From: Dickeya solani IPO 2222
Lineage (GTDB): Bacteria; Pseudomonadota; Gammaproteobacteria; Enterobacterales; Enterobacteriaceae
NCBI RefSeq assembly: GCF_001644705.1
Contig: NZ_CP015137.1
Location: 3,210,001-3,242,000 of the forward strand
Reading direction: 5' to 3'
DNA: 32,000 nt
The first letter of the stretch is position 1; every line of letters begins with the position of its first letter. Both the position numbers and the translations under genes were made by a program. Shown here piece after piece: positions 8,393-17,700 of this stretch. Below the pieces are notes generated by a model. It saw only the letters and a program-made list of their open reading frames with translations, ran no database searches and was not told the DNA's origin.

Positions 8393-9319
8393 ATGTCGAA
8401 ACGATTGCCGCCTCTCAATGCCTTGCGCGTCTTTGATGCTGCTGCCCGCCACCTCAGTTTTACCCGTGCGGCCGAAGAGTTATTCGTTACACAGGCTGCT
8501 GTTAGCCATCAGATCAAATCGCTGGAAGATTTTCTCGGCCTGAAACTGTTTCGCCGTCGTAACCGTTCCCTGTTGCTGACGGAAGAAGGGCAGAGCTATT
8601 TTCTGGATATCAAAGAAATCTTTTCCGCCCTCAATGAAGCGACCCGTAAACTACAGGCTCGTAGCGCCAAAGGCGCGCTGACGGTGAGCCTGCTGCCCAG
8701 CTTTGCCATTCACTGGCTGGTGCCGCGTTTGTCGAGCTTCAACACGGATTACCCTGGCATTGATGTGCGCATTCAGGCGGTGGACCGGGAAGAGGAACGA
8801 CTGTCGGACGATGTGGACGTGGCTATCTTCTACGGACGCGGCAACTGGCCGGGATTGCGGGTGGAAAAACTGTACGCGGAGTATCTGTTGCCGGTCTGCT
8901 CGCCACAATTGTTGGTCGGGGAGCACCCGCTGAAAACACCGGGAGACCTGATATGGCATACGTTGTTGCATGACGCCTCGCGGCGTGACTGGATGGCCTA
9001 TACCCGCCAACTGGGGATAACTCAGATTAATGTGCAACAAGGGCCGATTTTCAGTCATAGCGCGATGGTGTTGCAGGCGGCGATTCACGGCCAGGGGGTT
9101 GCGCTGGCCAACAATGTGATGGCGCAGACGGAGATTGAGGCGGGCAGGCTGGTGTGTCCGTTCAATGACGTACTGGTCAGCAAAAACGCGTTTTATCTGG
9201 TTTGTCATGACAGTCAGGCGGAACTGGGTAAAATAGCCGCCTTTCGCCAATGGATTCTGGCTCGTGCGGCCAGCGAACAGGAAAAGTTCCGCTTCCGCTA
9301 CGACAATGGTTCTCGTTGA
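8393..9319 (+). CDS. gcvA: LysR-type glycine cleavage system transcriptional activator GcvA
   Basis: From ATG 8393, MSKRLPPLNALRVFDAAARHLSFTRAAEELFVTQAAVSHQIKSLEDFLGLKLF is essentially identical to E. coli GcvA. The ORF-track start at 8366 adds 9 unsupported codons. Confidence 0.97.
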   Translation: MSKRLPPLNALRVFDAAARHLSFTRAAEELFVTQAAVSHQIKSLEDFLGLKLFRRRNRSLLLTEEGQSYFLDIKEIFSALNEATRKLQARSAKGALTVSLLPSFAIHWLVPRLSSFNTDYPGIDVRIQAVDREEERLSDDVDVAIFYGRGNWPGLRVEKLYAEYLLPVCSPQLLVGEHPLKTPGDLIWHTLLHDASRRDWMAYTRQLGITQINVQQGPIFSHSAMVLQAAIHGQGVALANNVMAQTEIEAGRLVCPFNDVLVSKNAFYLVCHDSQAELGKIAAFRQWILARAASEQEKFRFRYDNGSR

Positions 9320-9353
9320 ACAATTTCACATTCACGCTGGACAAATAGTTCAC

Positions 9354-9388
9354 GCTGAATCCGCCGGGTTCAGCCCCTTTATTCTTTT
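9354..9388 (+). terminator. Probable gcvA terminator
   Basis: Hairpin GCTGAA-(9 nt)-TTCAGC at 9354..9374, followed by ccctttattctttt. Confidence 0.5.
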
Positions 9389-9409
9389 GATAACGGAATA
9401 GATCACACG

Positions 9410-9796
9410 ATGAACAGCCGTTTCATGCTGATATTCGCCGCCATCAGCGGGTTTGTATATGTGGCGCTGGGGGCGTTCGGCACGCATGTGTTGAGTAAAT
9501 CGCTGGGCGAAGCGGAAATGTCCTGGCTGCATACCGGGCTCCAGTATCAGGCGTTTCACACGCTGGCGATTCTGGCGCTGTCGGTGGCGATGCATCAACG
9601 GGCGAATGTCTGGTTTTACTGGAGTGCGGCGTTTCTGGCGCTGGGTACGCTGCTGTTTAGCGGCAGCCTGTACTGTCTGGCGTTGTCGCACCTCAAACTA
9701 TGGGTATTTGTCACTCCGGTGGGGGGCGTGTGCTTCCTGACGGGCTGGCTGTTACTGTTAATTGGAGCCTTACGCTTAAAGAAAAAGGCTGAGTAG
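9410..9796 (+). CDS. ygdD: DUF423 inner-membrane protein YgdD
   Basis: [28 protein letters not shown] and the rest are collinear with E. coli YgdD. The protein is hydrophobic with about four transmembrane segments. Confidence 0.9.
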   Translation: MNSRFMLIFAAISGFVYVALGAFGTHVLSKSLGEAEMSWLHTGLQYQAFHTLAILALSVAMHQRANVWFYWSAAFLALGTLLFSGSLYCLALSHLKLWVFVTPVGGVCFLTGWLLLLIGALRLKKKAE

Positions 9797-9797
9797 C

Positions 9798-10898
9798 ATG
9801 AATAAAGTGATTTTGTACTGCCGCCCTGGGTTTGAGAAAGAGTGCGCGGCGGAAATTACCGACAAGGCGGCGCGTTATAACGTCTATGGTTTTGTTCGGG
9901 TAAAAGATAACAGCGGATATGTGGTGTTTGAATGCTACCAGCACGAAGACGCCGATCGGCTGATTAAGGAATTACCGTTCCAGGAACTGGTGTTCGCACG
10001 TCAGATGATGGTGTGCGGCGAATTGCTGCGCGATCTGCCGCCGGAAGATCGCATCACGCCGATCGTCGGGATGCTGACCGGGGCGATGGAGCGGGCCGGA
10101 GAGCTGCGGGTTGAAGTGCCGGATACCAATGAAAGCAAGGAACTGATGAAGTTCTGCCGCAAGTTCACGGTGCCGCTGCGCGTCGCGCTGCGGGAAAGCC
10201 GTATCCTGCTGGCGCAGGAGAAAAGCAGTCGTCCGGTTATCCATGTGCTGTTCATCGCCCCCGGCTGCTGCTACGTTGGCTACTCCTACAGCAACAACAA
10301 TTCGCCGTTCTACATGGGGATTCCACGGCTGAAATTCCCCGCTGATGCGCCCAGCCGATCGACGCTGAAGCTGGAGGAGGCGTTCCACGTGTTCGTGCCG
10401 GCGGATGAGTGGGACGAACGATTGGGCAGCGGTATGTATGCGGTGGATCTGGGCGCTTGCCCCGGCGGTTGGACCTATCAACTGGTGAAACGCAGTATGA
10501 TGGTTCACGCCGTCGACAACGGCATGATGGCGCCGAGCCTGATGGATACCGGGCAGGTGATTCACCATCAGTCAGACGGTTTCCGCTTTGAGCCGCCGCG
10601 CAACAATATCTACTGGCTGGTGTGCGATATGGTGGAAAAACCGGCCAAAGTCACCAGCCGCATGGCCGACTGGCTGGTCAATGGCTGGTGTCGTGAAGTG
10701 ATCTTCAATCTCAAGTTGCCGATGAAAAAACGCTATGAAGAAGTGATCCAGAATCTGGCCTTGCTGGCGCAGCGGCTGGAAGAGAGCGGCATCAACTTTG
10801 AAATTCATGCCAAACATCTCTATCACGACCGTGAAGAGGTCACTGTTCATGCACGGCGTATCTGGGGCGCCATTCCCGGCCGCCGCGACGAGCGTTGA
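9798..10898 (+). CDS. rlmM: 23S rRNA C2498 2'-O-ribose methyltransferase
   Basis: 366 aa and collinear with E. coli RlmM/YgdE ([24 protein letters not shown] ... [14 protein letters not shown] ... HDREEVTVH). It starts 1 nt after the ygdD stop. Confidence 0.95.
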   Translation: MNKVILYCRPGFEKECAAEITDKAARYNVYGFVRVKDNSGYVVFECYQHEDADRLIKELPFQELVFARQMMVCGELLRDLPPEDRITPIVGMLTGAMERAGELRVEVPDTNESKELMKFCRKFTVPLRVALRESRILLAQEKSSRPVIHVLFIAPGCCYVGYSYSNNNSPFYMGIPRLKFPADAPSRSTLKLEEAFHVFVPADEWDERLGSGMYAVDLGACPGGWTYQLVKRSMMVHAVDNGMMAPSLMDTGQVIHHQSDGFRFEPPRNNIYWLVCDMVEKPAKVTSRMADWLVNGWCREVIFNLKLPMKKRYEEVIQNLALLAQRLEESGINFEIHAKHLYHDREEVTVHARRIWGAIPGRRDER

Positions 10899-10954
10899 GT
10901 TTCCTCTGCCACCACCGGGCGTCAATGCCTGGGCGTCCGGTGCTTTAACACCGC

Positions 10955-11716
10955 CTAACCCGATGTGGGCAGGCGTAGCTGCTGCAGGTTGCCATTCAGC
11001 ACCAAATCGGTTCTGAGCGTGGCGACCTGACGGCAGCGGTAAGCCATGTCCTGTTGGGATTCCAGCTTGCGGCGCCATTTCTCCGGTATCTGTTCCAACT
11101 GCTGGTATAGCGCTTCCAGCGAACCAGCCTGTTGTAACAACTGAGCGGCGGTTTTCGGCCCAATGCCGCTCACGCCGGGGATTTTGCTGCTGCTGATACC
11201 CGCCAGTCCCCAGTAATCCGGCAACTGTTCAGGTTGCACGCCGAACTCCTGCTGGATGAACGGCACATCCAACCAGCGTTTCTGAAAGTAATCCCGAATG
11301 CGGATGGTCGGCGCCAGTAACTGGCAATAACCTTTGTCGGTCGAGACAATGGTGGCCTGATGCCCTTGCGCGGCGACCTTGCAGGCCAGCGTGGCGGCCA
11401 GGTCGTCAGCTTCGTTGCCTGACGAGTGCCAGCTCTCTACCCCTGATGCCAGAAAGGCGTCCCTGATCTGCGGCAGTTCCTGCGACAGATTTTCCGGCAT
11501 GGGTGCGCGGCCGGCCTTGTATTCCGGCAGCAACTGGTGGCGCCAGCTCTGGTCACGCTGTTCGTCGTCAAAAACCGCAACGGCATGAGTGGGCTGACTG
11601 TGCTGTATCAACTGGCTCAGCGCGTGTTGGCAGGCAGTCAGGCAAGGGGAACCTTGCACCGCATGAATGCGTCGGATCAGGTTGAGTGCGTCGACAATAA
11701 GCAGATGTACGGCCAT
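10955..11716 (-). CDS. xni: Flap endonuclease Xni (ExoIX)
   Basis: [25 protein letters not shown] and the rest are collinear with E. coli Xni/YgdG, about 250 aa. Confidence 0.93.
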   Translation of the reverse strand: MAVHLLIVDALNLIRRIHAVQGSPCLTACQHALSQLIQHSQPTHAVAVFDDEQRDQSWRHQLLPEYKAGRAPMPENLSQELPQIRDAFLASGVESWHSSGNEADDLAATLACKVAAQGHQATIVSTDKGYCQLLAPTIRIRDYFQKRWLDVPFIQQEFGVQPEQLPDYWGLAGISSSKIPGVSGIGPKTAAQLLQQAGSLEALYQQLEQIPEKWRRKLESQQDMAYRCRQVATLRTDLVLNGNLQQLRLPTSG

Positions 11717-11734
11717 AAGCGGTAGTCATGTGAG

Positions 11735-11761
11735 TCGCCGCCGAACTAACGTCGGCGGCGA
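11735..11761 (-). other. GC-rich 10-bp hairpin between ppnN and xni, with no U tract
   Basis: TCGCCGCCGA-actaacg-TCGGCGGCGA. It lies 9 nt downstream of the ppnN stop on the minus strand and is not followed by a T run. It could be an RNA 3'-end stabiliser, a processing site or a weak terminator. Confidence 0.35.
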
Positions 11762-11769
11762 ACTGGTGG

Positions 11770-13134
11770 TCAGGAACCGATTTCGTAGCACGGGACGTAA
11801 GCGCTGCCCGGCAGCTTCATACGCTGTTGGGACACGAAGTCCTGCAACAGTTTGTCCATGCTCTTCATGATGTCGGCATTGCCGTGCAATTTGTAGGGGC
11901 CGTATTCTTCAATGGCCCGAATACCCGCTTCTTTGACGTTACCGGCCACGATGCCGGAAAACGCCCGGCGCAACGTGGCAGCCAACTGTTCGGCCGGCTG
12001 GTCGGGATGCAGGTTGAGGTTAGCCATGTTCTCGTGCGTCGGTTCGAACGGCAGTTGTAAATCCGGTGCGATGCGCAGCGACCAGTTGAAGCTGTAGGCA
12101 TCGCCGGTGTGACGGCGGTGCTCTTTCACCTGCGGCATGGCTTTTTTCATCTGACGGGCCACTTCGGCGGCGTCGTTGATGATGATGGAATAATAACGGC
12201 GCGCCTGACGGCCGAGTGTACTGACGATGAATTCGTCGAGCACCTGGAAATAGTCGGCGCTTTCCTGCGGGCCGGTGAGAATAATCGGCAACACCTGCTC
12301 GCTGTTGTCCGGATCCATCATAATGCCCAGCAAATAGAGGAATTCTTCCGCGGTGCCGACCCCGCCTGGGAAAATAATGATGCCGTGGCCGATGCGCACA
12401 AACGCTTCCAGACGTTTTTCAATATCCGGCATGATGACCAGTTCATTCACCAGCGGATTGGGCGGCTCAGCGGCGATGATGGACGGTTCGGTCATGCCGA
12501 TGAAACGCCCGTCCCGGTAACGCTGCTGGGCATGGCCCACGGCGGCGCCTTTCATCGGGGCTTCCATCGCGCCCGGTCCACAACCGGTACAGATGTTCAG
12601 CTCGCGTAAACCGAGCTGGCTGCCGACTTTACGGGCGTACAGGTATTCGGTTTCATTGATCGAATGACCGCCCCAGCACACCACCAGATTCGGCTCTTCG
12701 CCCACATGCAGCGCTCTGGCGTTGCGCAGGATGGAGAACACAAGATTGGTGATGTGGGTGGAATCTTCGAGATCCAGATTCTGATAACGACCGGCGCTGG
12801 CAATCTGACCGTTCACAAACAGGATATCGCGTAGCACGGCGAACAGGTTGGCCTGCAATGAGCGGATAATCTGGCCGTCGACAAACGCCTCTTCCGGCGG
12901 GTTGACCAGCTCCAGTTTCACACCGCGCTCACGGCGCAGCACGTTGATGTCGAAATCCTCGTAGCGGGAGAGCAACTCCTTGCTGTTGTCCGTCTGACTG
13001 CCGGAGTTCAGGACGGCGAGGGAACAATTGCGGAATAGCCGGTAAAGATCGCTGCTGGCCGTGCTTTTCAGCATATCCACTTCCAACTGCGACAGTAAAT
13101 CCATAGACCCTAACGGGCTGATGTGTGTGATCAT
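11770..13134 (-). CDS. ppnN: Pyrimidine/purine nucleotide 5'-monophosphate nucleosidase (LOG family)
   Basis: 454 aa and collinear with E. coli PpnN/YgdH from [23 protein letters not shown]. Contains the [12 protein letters not shown]-family motif. Confidence 0.95.
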   Translation of the reverse strand: MITHISPLGSMDLLSQLEVDMLKSTASSDLYRLFRNCSLAVLNSGSQTDNSKELLSRYEDFDINVLRRERGVKLELVNPPEEAFVDGQIIRSLQANLFAVLRDILFVNGQIASAGRYQNLDLEDSTHITNLVFSILRNARALHVGEEPNLVVCWGGHSINETEYLYARKVGSQLGLRELNICTGCGPGAMEAPMKGAAVGHAQQRYRDGRFIGMTEPSIIAAEPPNPLVNELVIMPDIEKRLEAFVRIGHGIIIFPGGVGTAEEFLYLLGIMMDPDNSEQVLPIILTGPQESADYFQVLDEFIVSTLGRQARRYYSIIINDAAEVARQMKKAMPQVKEHRRHTGDAYSFNWSLRIAPDLQLPFEPTHENMANLNLHPDQPAEQLAATLRRAFSGIVAGNVKEAGIRAIEEYGPYKLHGNADIMKSMDKLLQDFVSQQRMKLPGSAYVPCYEIGS

Positions 13135-13395
13135 ACTACTCCCTGAAACGCAGTGTGCGACGACAGTTGTTCAAGACGTTTGCCCAACACGCAGGTTCGA
13201 TGCGTTTGTGTGATACGTTTCTTTGTTGTCTCACCTTAACGTGTCGAATGGCCTTTTGCCAAGGCATGGTAACCTCCCAGCGATAAAGTTGCGCGGCGTT
13301 ACGCACTTTGATGCGTATTCTGTCGACGGCAGGCGCCATAGTCGGGATAGAATGTGTATTCAGTGAAATCCGACAGACCCAGATTGAGAGGTAAG

Positions 13396-13944
13396 ATGGA
13401 GCGGCAGGTATCACAGGCGCTAAACGCATTCACCCAGCGTTATGTCGAGTTATGGCAGCGGGAAACGGGCCATCCGCCAGCCAGCGATGAGTTGTATGGC
13501 GTGGCTTCGCCCTGCATTGTCGCTACGCAGGAGAGTCAGGTGCACTGGCTGCCGCAGGCGCCGATTGTGCCTGCGCGGCTGGATGGCGTTGAGCGAGCGC
13601 TGGAGATTCAACTGCACCCGGATGCGCACGTCTTTTTCACCAGCCAGTTCGCCGGTGACATGACGGCTCGCTTTGACGATCTGGAATGCACGCTTCTTCA
13701 GGCCTGGAGCGAAGACGATTTTGTTCGTCTGCAGGAGAATCTGATTGGTCACCTTTTGACACAAAAACGACTAAAATTGTCACCTACGTTATTTCTTGCG
13801 ACAACGGATTCTGAAATGGCGCTAATCTCTTTGTGCAACCTGAGTGGGGAAGTTGTGCTGGAAGAGTTCGGTACACGTCAGCGTCGAGTGTTGTCATCGG
13901 ATCTGGTTGATTTTCTGCATAAGCTGTTGCCATTGATTCCATAA
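13396..13944 (+). CDS. syd: SecY-interacting protein Syd
   Basis: Falls within ORF 13354..13944. Homology to E. coli Syd starts at ATG 13396, with GAGAGG 5 nt upstream. The stretch TSQFAGDM ... [29 protein letters not shown] is conserved. Confidence 0.9.
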   Translation: MERQVSQALNAFTQRYVELWQRETGHPPASDELYGVASPCIVATQESQVHWLPQAPIVPARLDGVERALEIQLHPDAHVFFTSQFAGDMTARFDDLECTLLQAWSEDDFVRLQENLIGHLLTQKRLKLSPTLFLATTDSEMALISLCNLSGEVVLEEFGTRQRRVLSSDLVDFLHKLLPLIP

Positions 13945-13971
13945 TGCTGAATCGCGTTTCGCTTTTCGACG

Positions 13972-14012
13972 TGTGAGAGATCTCTTACATTACATGTAAG
14001 CGATCTCTTATC
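13972..14012. promoter_or_regulatory. Two tandem UvrY/GacA-type boxes (upstream activating sequence of csrB)
   Basis: 13972..13989 is TGTGAGAGATCTCTTACA, the same 18-mer I recall upstream of E. coli csrB, and fits TGTAAG-N6-CTTACA. 13995..14012 is TGTAAGCGATCTCTTATC, a second copy matching at 14 of 18 positions. A very AT-rich stretch of about 150 bp follows, leading to the csrB promoter. Confidence 0.7.
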
Positions 14013-14163
14013 TTTAATATGAAACTAAGATTTCTGTTTAATTTTTACATTATTAATTAATGAATTAATGGTGTTCGTCAGTAAACCGTAATTTTTATAC
14101 GGCTATTGGGGCGTTTGGGTGGGTTGCTGATTCGGTTTAATTAATACATCTTATTATTCAGTT

Positions 14164-14505
14164 TCGTAACACGGTAACAGGGAATGTCGACCATGCCAGG
14201 AGGGCAGGAAGTCAATTTCTGTTACAAGCAGACTCTTTTTTCAGGATGAAATAAGGGACACCTCCAGGAAGGAGAATGAGAGCCGGCCTGGGAATGCCGG
14301 TGGGGCAGGAGCCTAAAGGAATGCGATCACGGATGATTATGAAGGATCGGCCGTCACGGATGAAAGAGGGATCGCCAGCAAGGATTGTGGGTTAGGATGA
14401 CCATCAGGGACAAGTTTTCAAGGACGAGCAGGGAAGCAACAAGGTAGCGGGACTGCTGCAAACGAACTAAGAGGGAACCGAGAAATCGGTTCCCTCTTTT
14501 CGTTT
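14164..14505 (+). ncRNA. csrB: CsrA/RsmA-sequestering RNA CsrB (RsmB)
   Basis: I count about 20 GGA motifs between 14181 and 14476, many as CAGGA(U/A)G, AAGGA or CACGGAUG. Blocks AAGGGACACCTCCAGGAAGGAGAATGAGAGCCGG (about 14253..14286) and TTCAAGGACGAGCAGGGAAGCAACAAGGTAGC (about 14417..14448) match E. coli csrB as recalled. It ends in a strong terminator. The position between syd and yqcC is the E. coli position. The 5' end is an estimate, about 7 nt after a possible -10 TATTAT at 14152..14157. Confidence 0.85.
14470..14505 (+). terminator. csrB intrinsic terminator
   Basis: AGAGGGAACCGA-gaaa-TCGGTTCCCTCT, a 12-bp stem, followed by TTTTCGTTTT. Confidence 0.85.
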
Positions 14506-14620
14506 TGCCTCTTGCCGCGCTGTATACGTATCCTGGCTGCGGGGCGCATCCGGGATGCCAGAACAGGGCAACGATGCTATGCTTTGCCGCCCTGTTACCG
14601 AGCCTGATGAGACCCGGCCC

Positions 14621-14941
14621 ATGAGTGTAGAGATTCGCATCCGACAATCGCTGTTCACTATCGAACATGCCCTGAAGGCGAGCCCGTTATGGCAGCCTTC
14701 CGCGCCTGATGAGGAGGCGTTTACAAGCCAGGAGCCATTCTGCATCGATACGATGGCGGCCGAGCAGTGGCTGCAATGGGTATTTCTGCCGCGCATGCAC
14801 GCATTACTGGACAGCGGCGCGCCGTTGCCGGCCCGGCTTGCCATCTTGCCTTACTTCGAGGTGGCGTTCGACGGGCGTTCGGATGATGTCGGCGAGCTGC
14901 TGACGCAGCTGCGTGTGTTGGACGCATTGTTTGAGGAATGA
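14621..14941 (+). CDS. yqcC: DUF446 protein YqcC
   Basis: Falls within ORF 14555..14941. Similarity to E. coli YqcC begins at ATG 14621. EPFCIDTMAAEQWLQWVFLPRMHALLD aligns with QPFFMDTMEPLEWLQWVLIPRMHDLLD. The Shine-Dalgarno is weak. Confidence 0.82.
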   Translation: MSVEIRIRQSLFTIEHALKASPLWQPSAPDEEAFTSQEPFCIDTMAAEQWLQWVFLPRMHALLDSGAPLPARLAILPYFEVAFDGRSDDVGELLTQLRVLDALFEE

Positions 14942-14943
14942 GG

Positions 14944-15729
14944 ATGCTGGAAATTGTCTATCAGGATGAGCATCTGATTGCGGTGAACAAACCGGCCGGT
15001 TGGCTGGTGCACCGCAGCTGGCTGGATCGCAAAGAAAAAGTGGTGGTGATGCAAACGGTGCGCGACCAGATTGGTCAGCACGTGTTTACCGTGCACCGTC
15101 TGGACCGTCCCACCTCCGGCGTGCTGTTGATGGCGTTGTCCCCCGAGGTGGCGCGGCTACTGGCGCAGCAGTTCGAGCACCATCAGATGGAGAAAACCTA
15201 TCACGCGGTGGTTCGCGGCTATGTGATGGAGGACGGCGTGATTGATTACGCGCTGACGGAGGAACTGGATCGCATCGCCGACAAATTTGCCGACCCCGAC
15301 AAAGCGCCGCAGCCTGCCGTCAGCCACTATCGGGTACTGGCTCGTGCGGAAATGCCGGTGGCGATCGGGCGTTATGACACCGCCCGCTACAGCCTGCTGC
15401 AATTGAATCCCAAGACCGGGCGCAAGCACCAGCTGCGGCGACATATGTCGCATTTGCGTCATCCTATCATTGGGGACACCACCCACGGCGACCTGCGCCA
15501 GAATCGCGGCATGGCGGCGCATTTCGACTGCACCCGCCTGATGCTGCACGCCAGCGGGTTGTCGCTGACCCACCCGGTTACCAACGAGCCGCTGGTAATC
15601 TCGGCGCGCTGGGATGAACCCTGGCAGGGCGTAATGACGCAGTTTGGCTGGCAAGGCAGTATCCCTGATGTTGAAAGGGTTGAGTTTCCTCAGGCGTCGG
15701 GTCAGGATAGCGGCCTGACGTCAGCATAA
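14944..15729 (+). CDS. truC: tRNA pseudouridine65 synthase
   Basis: MLEIVYQDEHLIAVNKPAGWLVHRSWLD is collinear with E. coli TruC. Catalytic motif HRLDRPTSG is present. The start at ATG 14944 has GAGGAA 6 nt upstream. The ORF-track start at 14938 adds 2 codons and overlaps the yqcC stop. Confidence 0.92.
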   Translation: MLEIVYQDEHLIAVNKPAGWLVHRSWLDRKEKVVVMQTVRDQIGQHVFTVHRLDRPTSGVLLMALSPEVARLLAQQFEHHQMEKTYHAVVRGYVMEDGVIDYALTEELDRIADKFADPDKAPQPAVSHYRVLARAEMPVAIGRYDTARYSLLQLNPKTGRKHQLRRHMSHLRHPIIGDTTHGDLRQNRGMAAHFDCTRLMLHASGLSLTHPVTNEPLVISARWDEPWQGVMTQFGWQGSIPDVERVEFPQASGQDSGLTSA

Positions 15730-15747
15730 AACAGGAGAATCAGCGTC

Positions 15748-16200
15748 ATGGCGCAAGTCGGTATTTTTGTTGGCACGGTGTACGGTAACGCGTTGCTGGT
15801 GGCGGAAGAAGCGGAAAGCCTTCTTAAGGCTCACGGGCATGAGGTAAAGATTTTTGAGGAAGCCTCGGTAAATGACTGGCTGGCTTACAGTCAGCAGACG
15901 GTGCTGGTGGTGACCTCCACCACCGGGCAGGGGCAGTTGCCGGAGTCTATCGTGCCGTTGTACGAAACACTGCGCGAAAAGGTCGGGTATCAGCCGGATT
16001 TACGCTACGGGCTGATTGCGCTGGGGGACAGCAGCTACGATAACTTCTGTGGCGGCGGTCATCTGTTTGATGCCTTGCTGCAGGAGATGGGCGCGAAACG
16101 CGTGGGCGAGCTGCTGGAAATTGATGCGACCGAGCATCCGGAACCTGAAGTGGTTTCCGGCCCGTGGGTGGAGTCCTGGGCGGCGTTGCTGGATGCGTAA
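15748..16200 (+). CDS. yqcA: Short-chain flavodoxin YqcA
   Basis: 150 aa and collinear with E. coli YqcA ([14 protein letters not shown] ... [10 protein letters not shown] ... [14 protein letters not shown]). Confidence 0.9.
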   Translation: MAQVGIFVGTVYGNALLVAEEAESLLKAHGHEVKIFEEASVNDWLAYSQQTVLVVTSTTGQGQLPESIVPLYETLREKVGYQPDLRYGLIALGDSSYDNFCGGGHLFDALLQEMGAKRVGELLEIDATEHPEPEVVSGPWVESWAALLDA

Positions 16201-16231
16201 TTGCTGGATGTGTAGCCGGACGTAGGTTGTG

Positions 16232-16260
16232 AAAACAGGGCCTTCAGGCCCCGTTTCTTA
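16232..16260. terminator. Bidirectional hairpin between convergent yqcA and yaeH
   Basis: AACaGGGCC-ttca-GGCCCcGTT, with one mismatch. It is flanked by TTTC on the plus strand and TTTTC on the minus strand. Confidence 0.5.
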
Positions 16261-16301
16261 TGCTGGATTTGCTGCGTTGCAGCGTTGTCGACGACGCGCA
16301 C

Positions 16302-16688
16302 TCAGCGCTGGGTCAGTTTTTCCAGGTCGGCTTCGATTTCGCTGATCTTGTTGGTGACCACGCTTTCCAGATGATGCAAGTCGGACAGTATCTTGCGCTT
16401 CAAATCCACCTCAACCTGATCGCGCTGGCAAATCTGATCGAGCTCGTCCACCACATAACGCAGATTGGGGCTGATCTCGTTGATTTCCTTGTAACCCTGC
16501 CCGGCGTTGTCTGCGACGATGGTTTTGCGCTGGCGTGGATATTTGAACTTGACGCTTTTAGCGAAAAATTCCCCTTTATCCTTGCGAAAGTAAATTTTCA
16601 GAATATCGTTGCTGGCTTCCTGGCGGAGGCTATAGCGGTCGATATCTTCCGGGTTGGAAATCCCAAGACTTTTCAGATTGTCGTACAT
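16302..16688 (-). CDS. yaeH: UPF0325 protein YaeH
   Basis: [55 protein letters not shown] is nearly identical to E. coli YaeH as recalled. 128 aa. Confidence 0.92.
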   Translation of the reverse strand: MYDNLKSLGISNPEDIDRYSLRQEASNDILKIYFRKDKGEFFAKSVKFKYPRQRKTIVADNAGQGYKEINEISPNLRYVVDELDQICQRDQVEVDLKRKILSDLHHLESVVTNKISEIEADLEKLTQR

Positions 16689-16761
16689 AACACCACCTTT
16701 CTTGTTTTACGTCGGCTTGAAAAACTGGGCCAGTGTTGTTGGTCGTGACGGCCTGATGCCG

Positions 16762-16790
16762 TAAAAAATGGCGGGTGATCACCCGCCATT
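16762..16790 (-). terminator. dapD intrinsic terminator
   Basis: The minus strand reads ATGGCGGGTGATCACCCGCCAT, a perfect palindromic hairpin, followed by TTTTTTAC. Confidence 0.75.
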
Positions 16791-16810
16791 CAGTTTAGTC
16801 GATAGTGGTA

Positions 16811-17635
16811 TTAGTCGATAGTGCGCAATAACTCATTAATTCCCACTTTACCGCGGGTTTTTGCATCCACTTTTTTCACGATCACCGCGCAATAAAGGCT
16901 GTAGCTGCCGTCTTTGGAGGGCAGGTTGCCGGATACTACTACCGAGCCTGCCGGCACACGGCCGTAATGCACTTCGCCGGTTTCACGGTCGTAAATCTTG
17001 GTGCTCTGACCGATGAATACGCCCATTGAGATCACCGAGCCTTCTTCCACGATCACGCCTTCCACGACTTCGGAGCGGGCGCCGACGAAGCAGTTGTCTT
17101 CGATAATGGTCGGGTTAGCCTGCAGCGGTTCCAGCACGCCGCCGATGCCGACGCCGCCGGACAGGTGCACGTTTTTGCCGATCTGCGCGCAGGAGCCAAC
17201 GGTCGCCCAGGTGTCAACCATCGAGCCTTCGTCGACGTAGGCGCCGATGTTGACGTAAGACGGCATCAGCACGGTGTTACGGGCGATAAACGCGCCCTGA
17301 CGCACGCTGGCTGGCGGCACGACGCGGAAACCTTCACGCTGAAAACGCGCTTCGTCGTAACCGGCGAATTTCATCGGCACTTTGTCGTAGTAGCGGGTTT
17401 CAGCTCCTTCCATCAGTTGGTTATCATTGATGCGGAAAGAGAGCAGCACCGCTTTCTTCAGCCACTGATGCGTCACCCACTGGCCGTTGATTTTCTCAGC
17501 CACGCGCAGCACACCGCTGTCCAACTGGCTGATAACCTGATTCACCGCTTCGCGCGTCACCGTGTCCACATTGGCCGGGGTGATGTCTGCGCGACGCTCA
17601 AATGCGGTTTCGATGATGTTCTGTAATTGCTGCAT
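16811..17635 (-). CDS. dapD: Tetrahydrodipicolinate N-succinyltransferase
   Basis: 274 aa and near-identical to E. coli DapD along its whole length, with hexapeptide repeats. Confidence 0.97.
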   Translation of the reverse strand: MQQLQNIIETAFERRADITPANVDTVTREAVNQVISQLDSGVLRVAEKINGQWVTHQWLKKAVLLSFRINDNQLMEGAETRYYDKVPMKFAGYDEARFQREGFRVVPPASVRQGAFIARNTVLMPSYVNIGAYVDEGSMVDTWATVGSCAQIGKNVHLSGGVGIGGVLEPLQANPTIIEDNCFVGARSEVVEGVIVEEGSVISMGVFIGQSTKIYDRETGEVHYGRVPAGSVVVSGNLPSKDGSYSLYCAVIVKKVDAKTRGKVGINELLRTID

Positions 17636-17700
17636 CCTGTTTCTCTTTCGTGATTAATCAAACCAGGCCGCGTGCCGGCATGCGGGGCGCGGCTTAATAT

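Noticed and set aside
13136-13429. 97-aa minus-strand ORF filling the ppnN-syd divergent spacer
   Set aside because: It starts inside syd on the opposite strand. It has no Shine-Dalgarno and an odd composition, and it abuts the ppnN start. It is more plausibly just the shared promoter region. queF, which occupies this position in E. coli, is not what it encodes.
14354-14844. Two minus-strand ORFs (104 and 125 aa) over the csrB region and yqcC
   Set aside because: They lie antisense to the GGA-repeat RNA, its terminator and yqcC. The repeat structure and terminator give a far better explanation, namely csrB.
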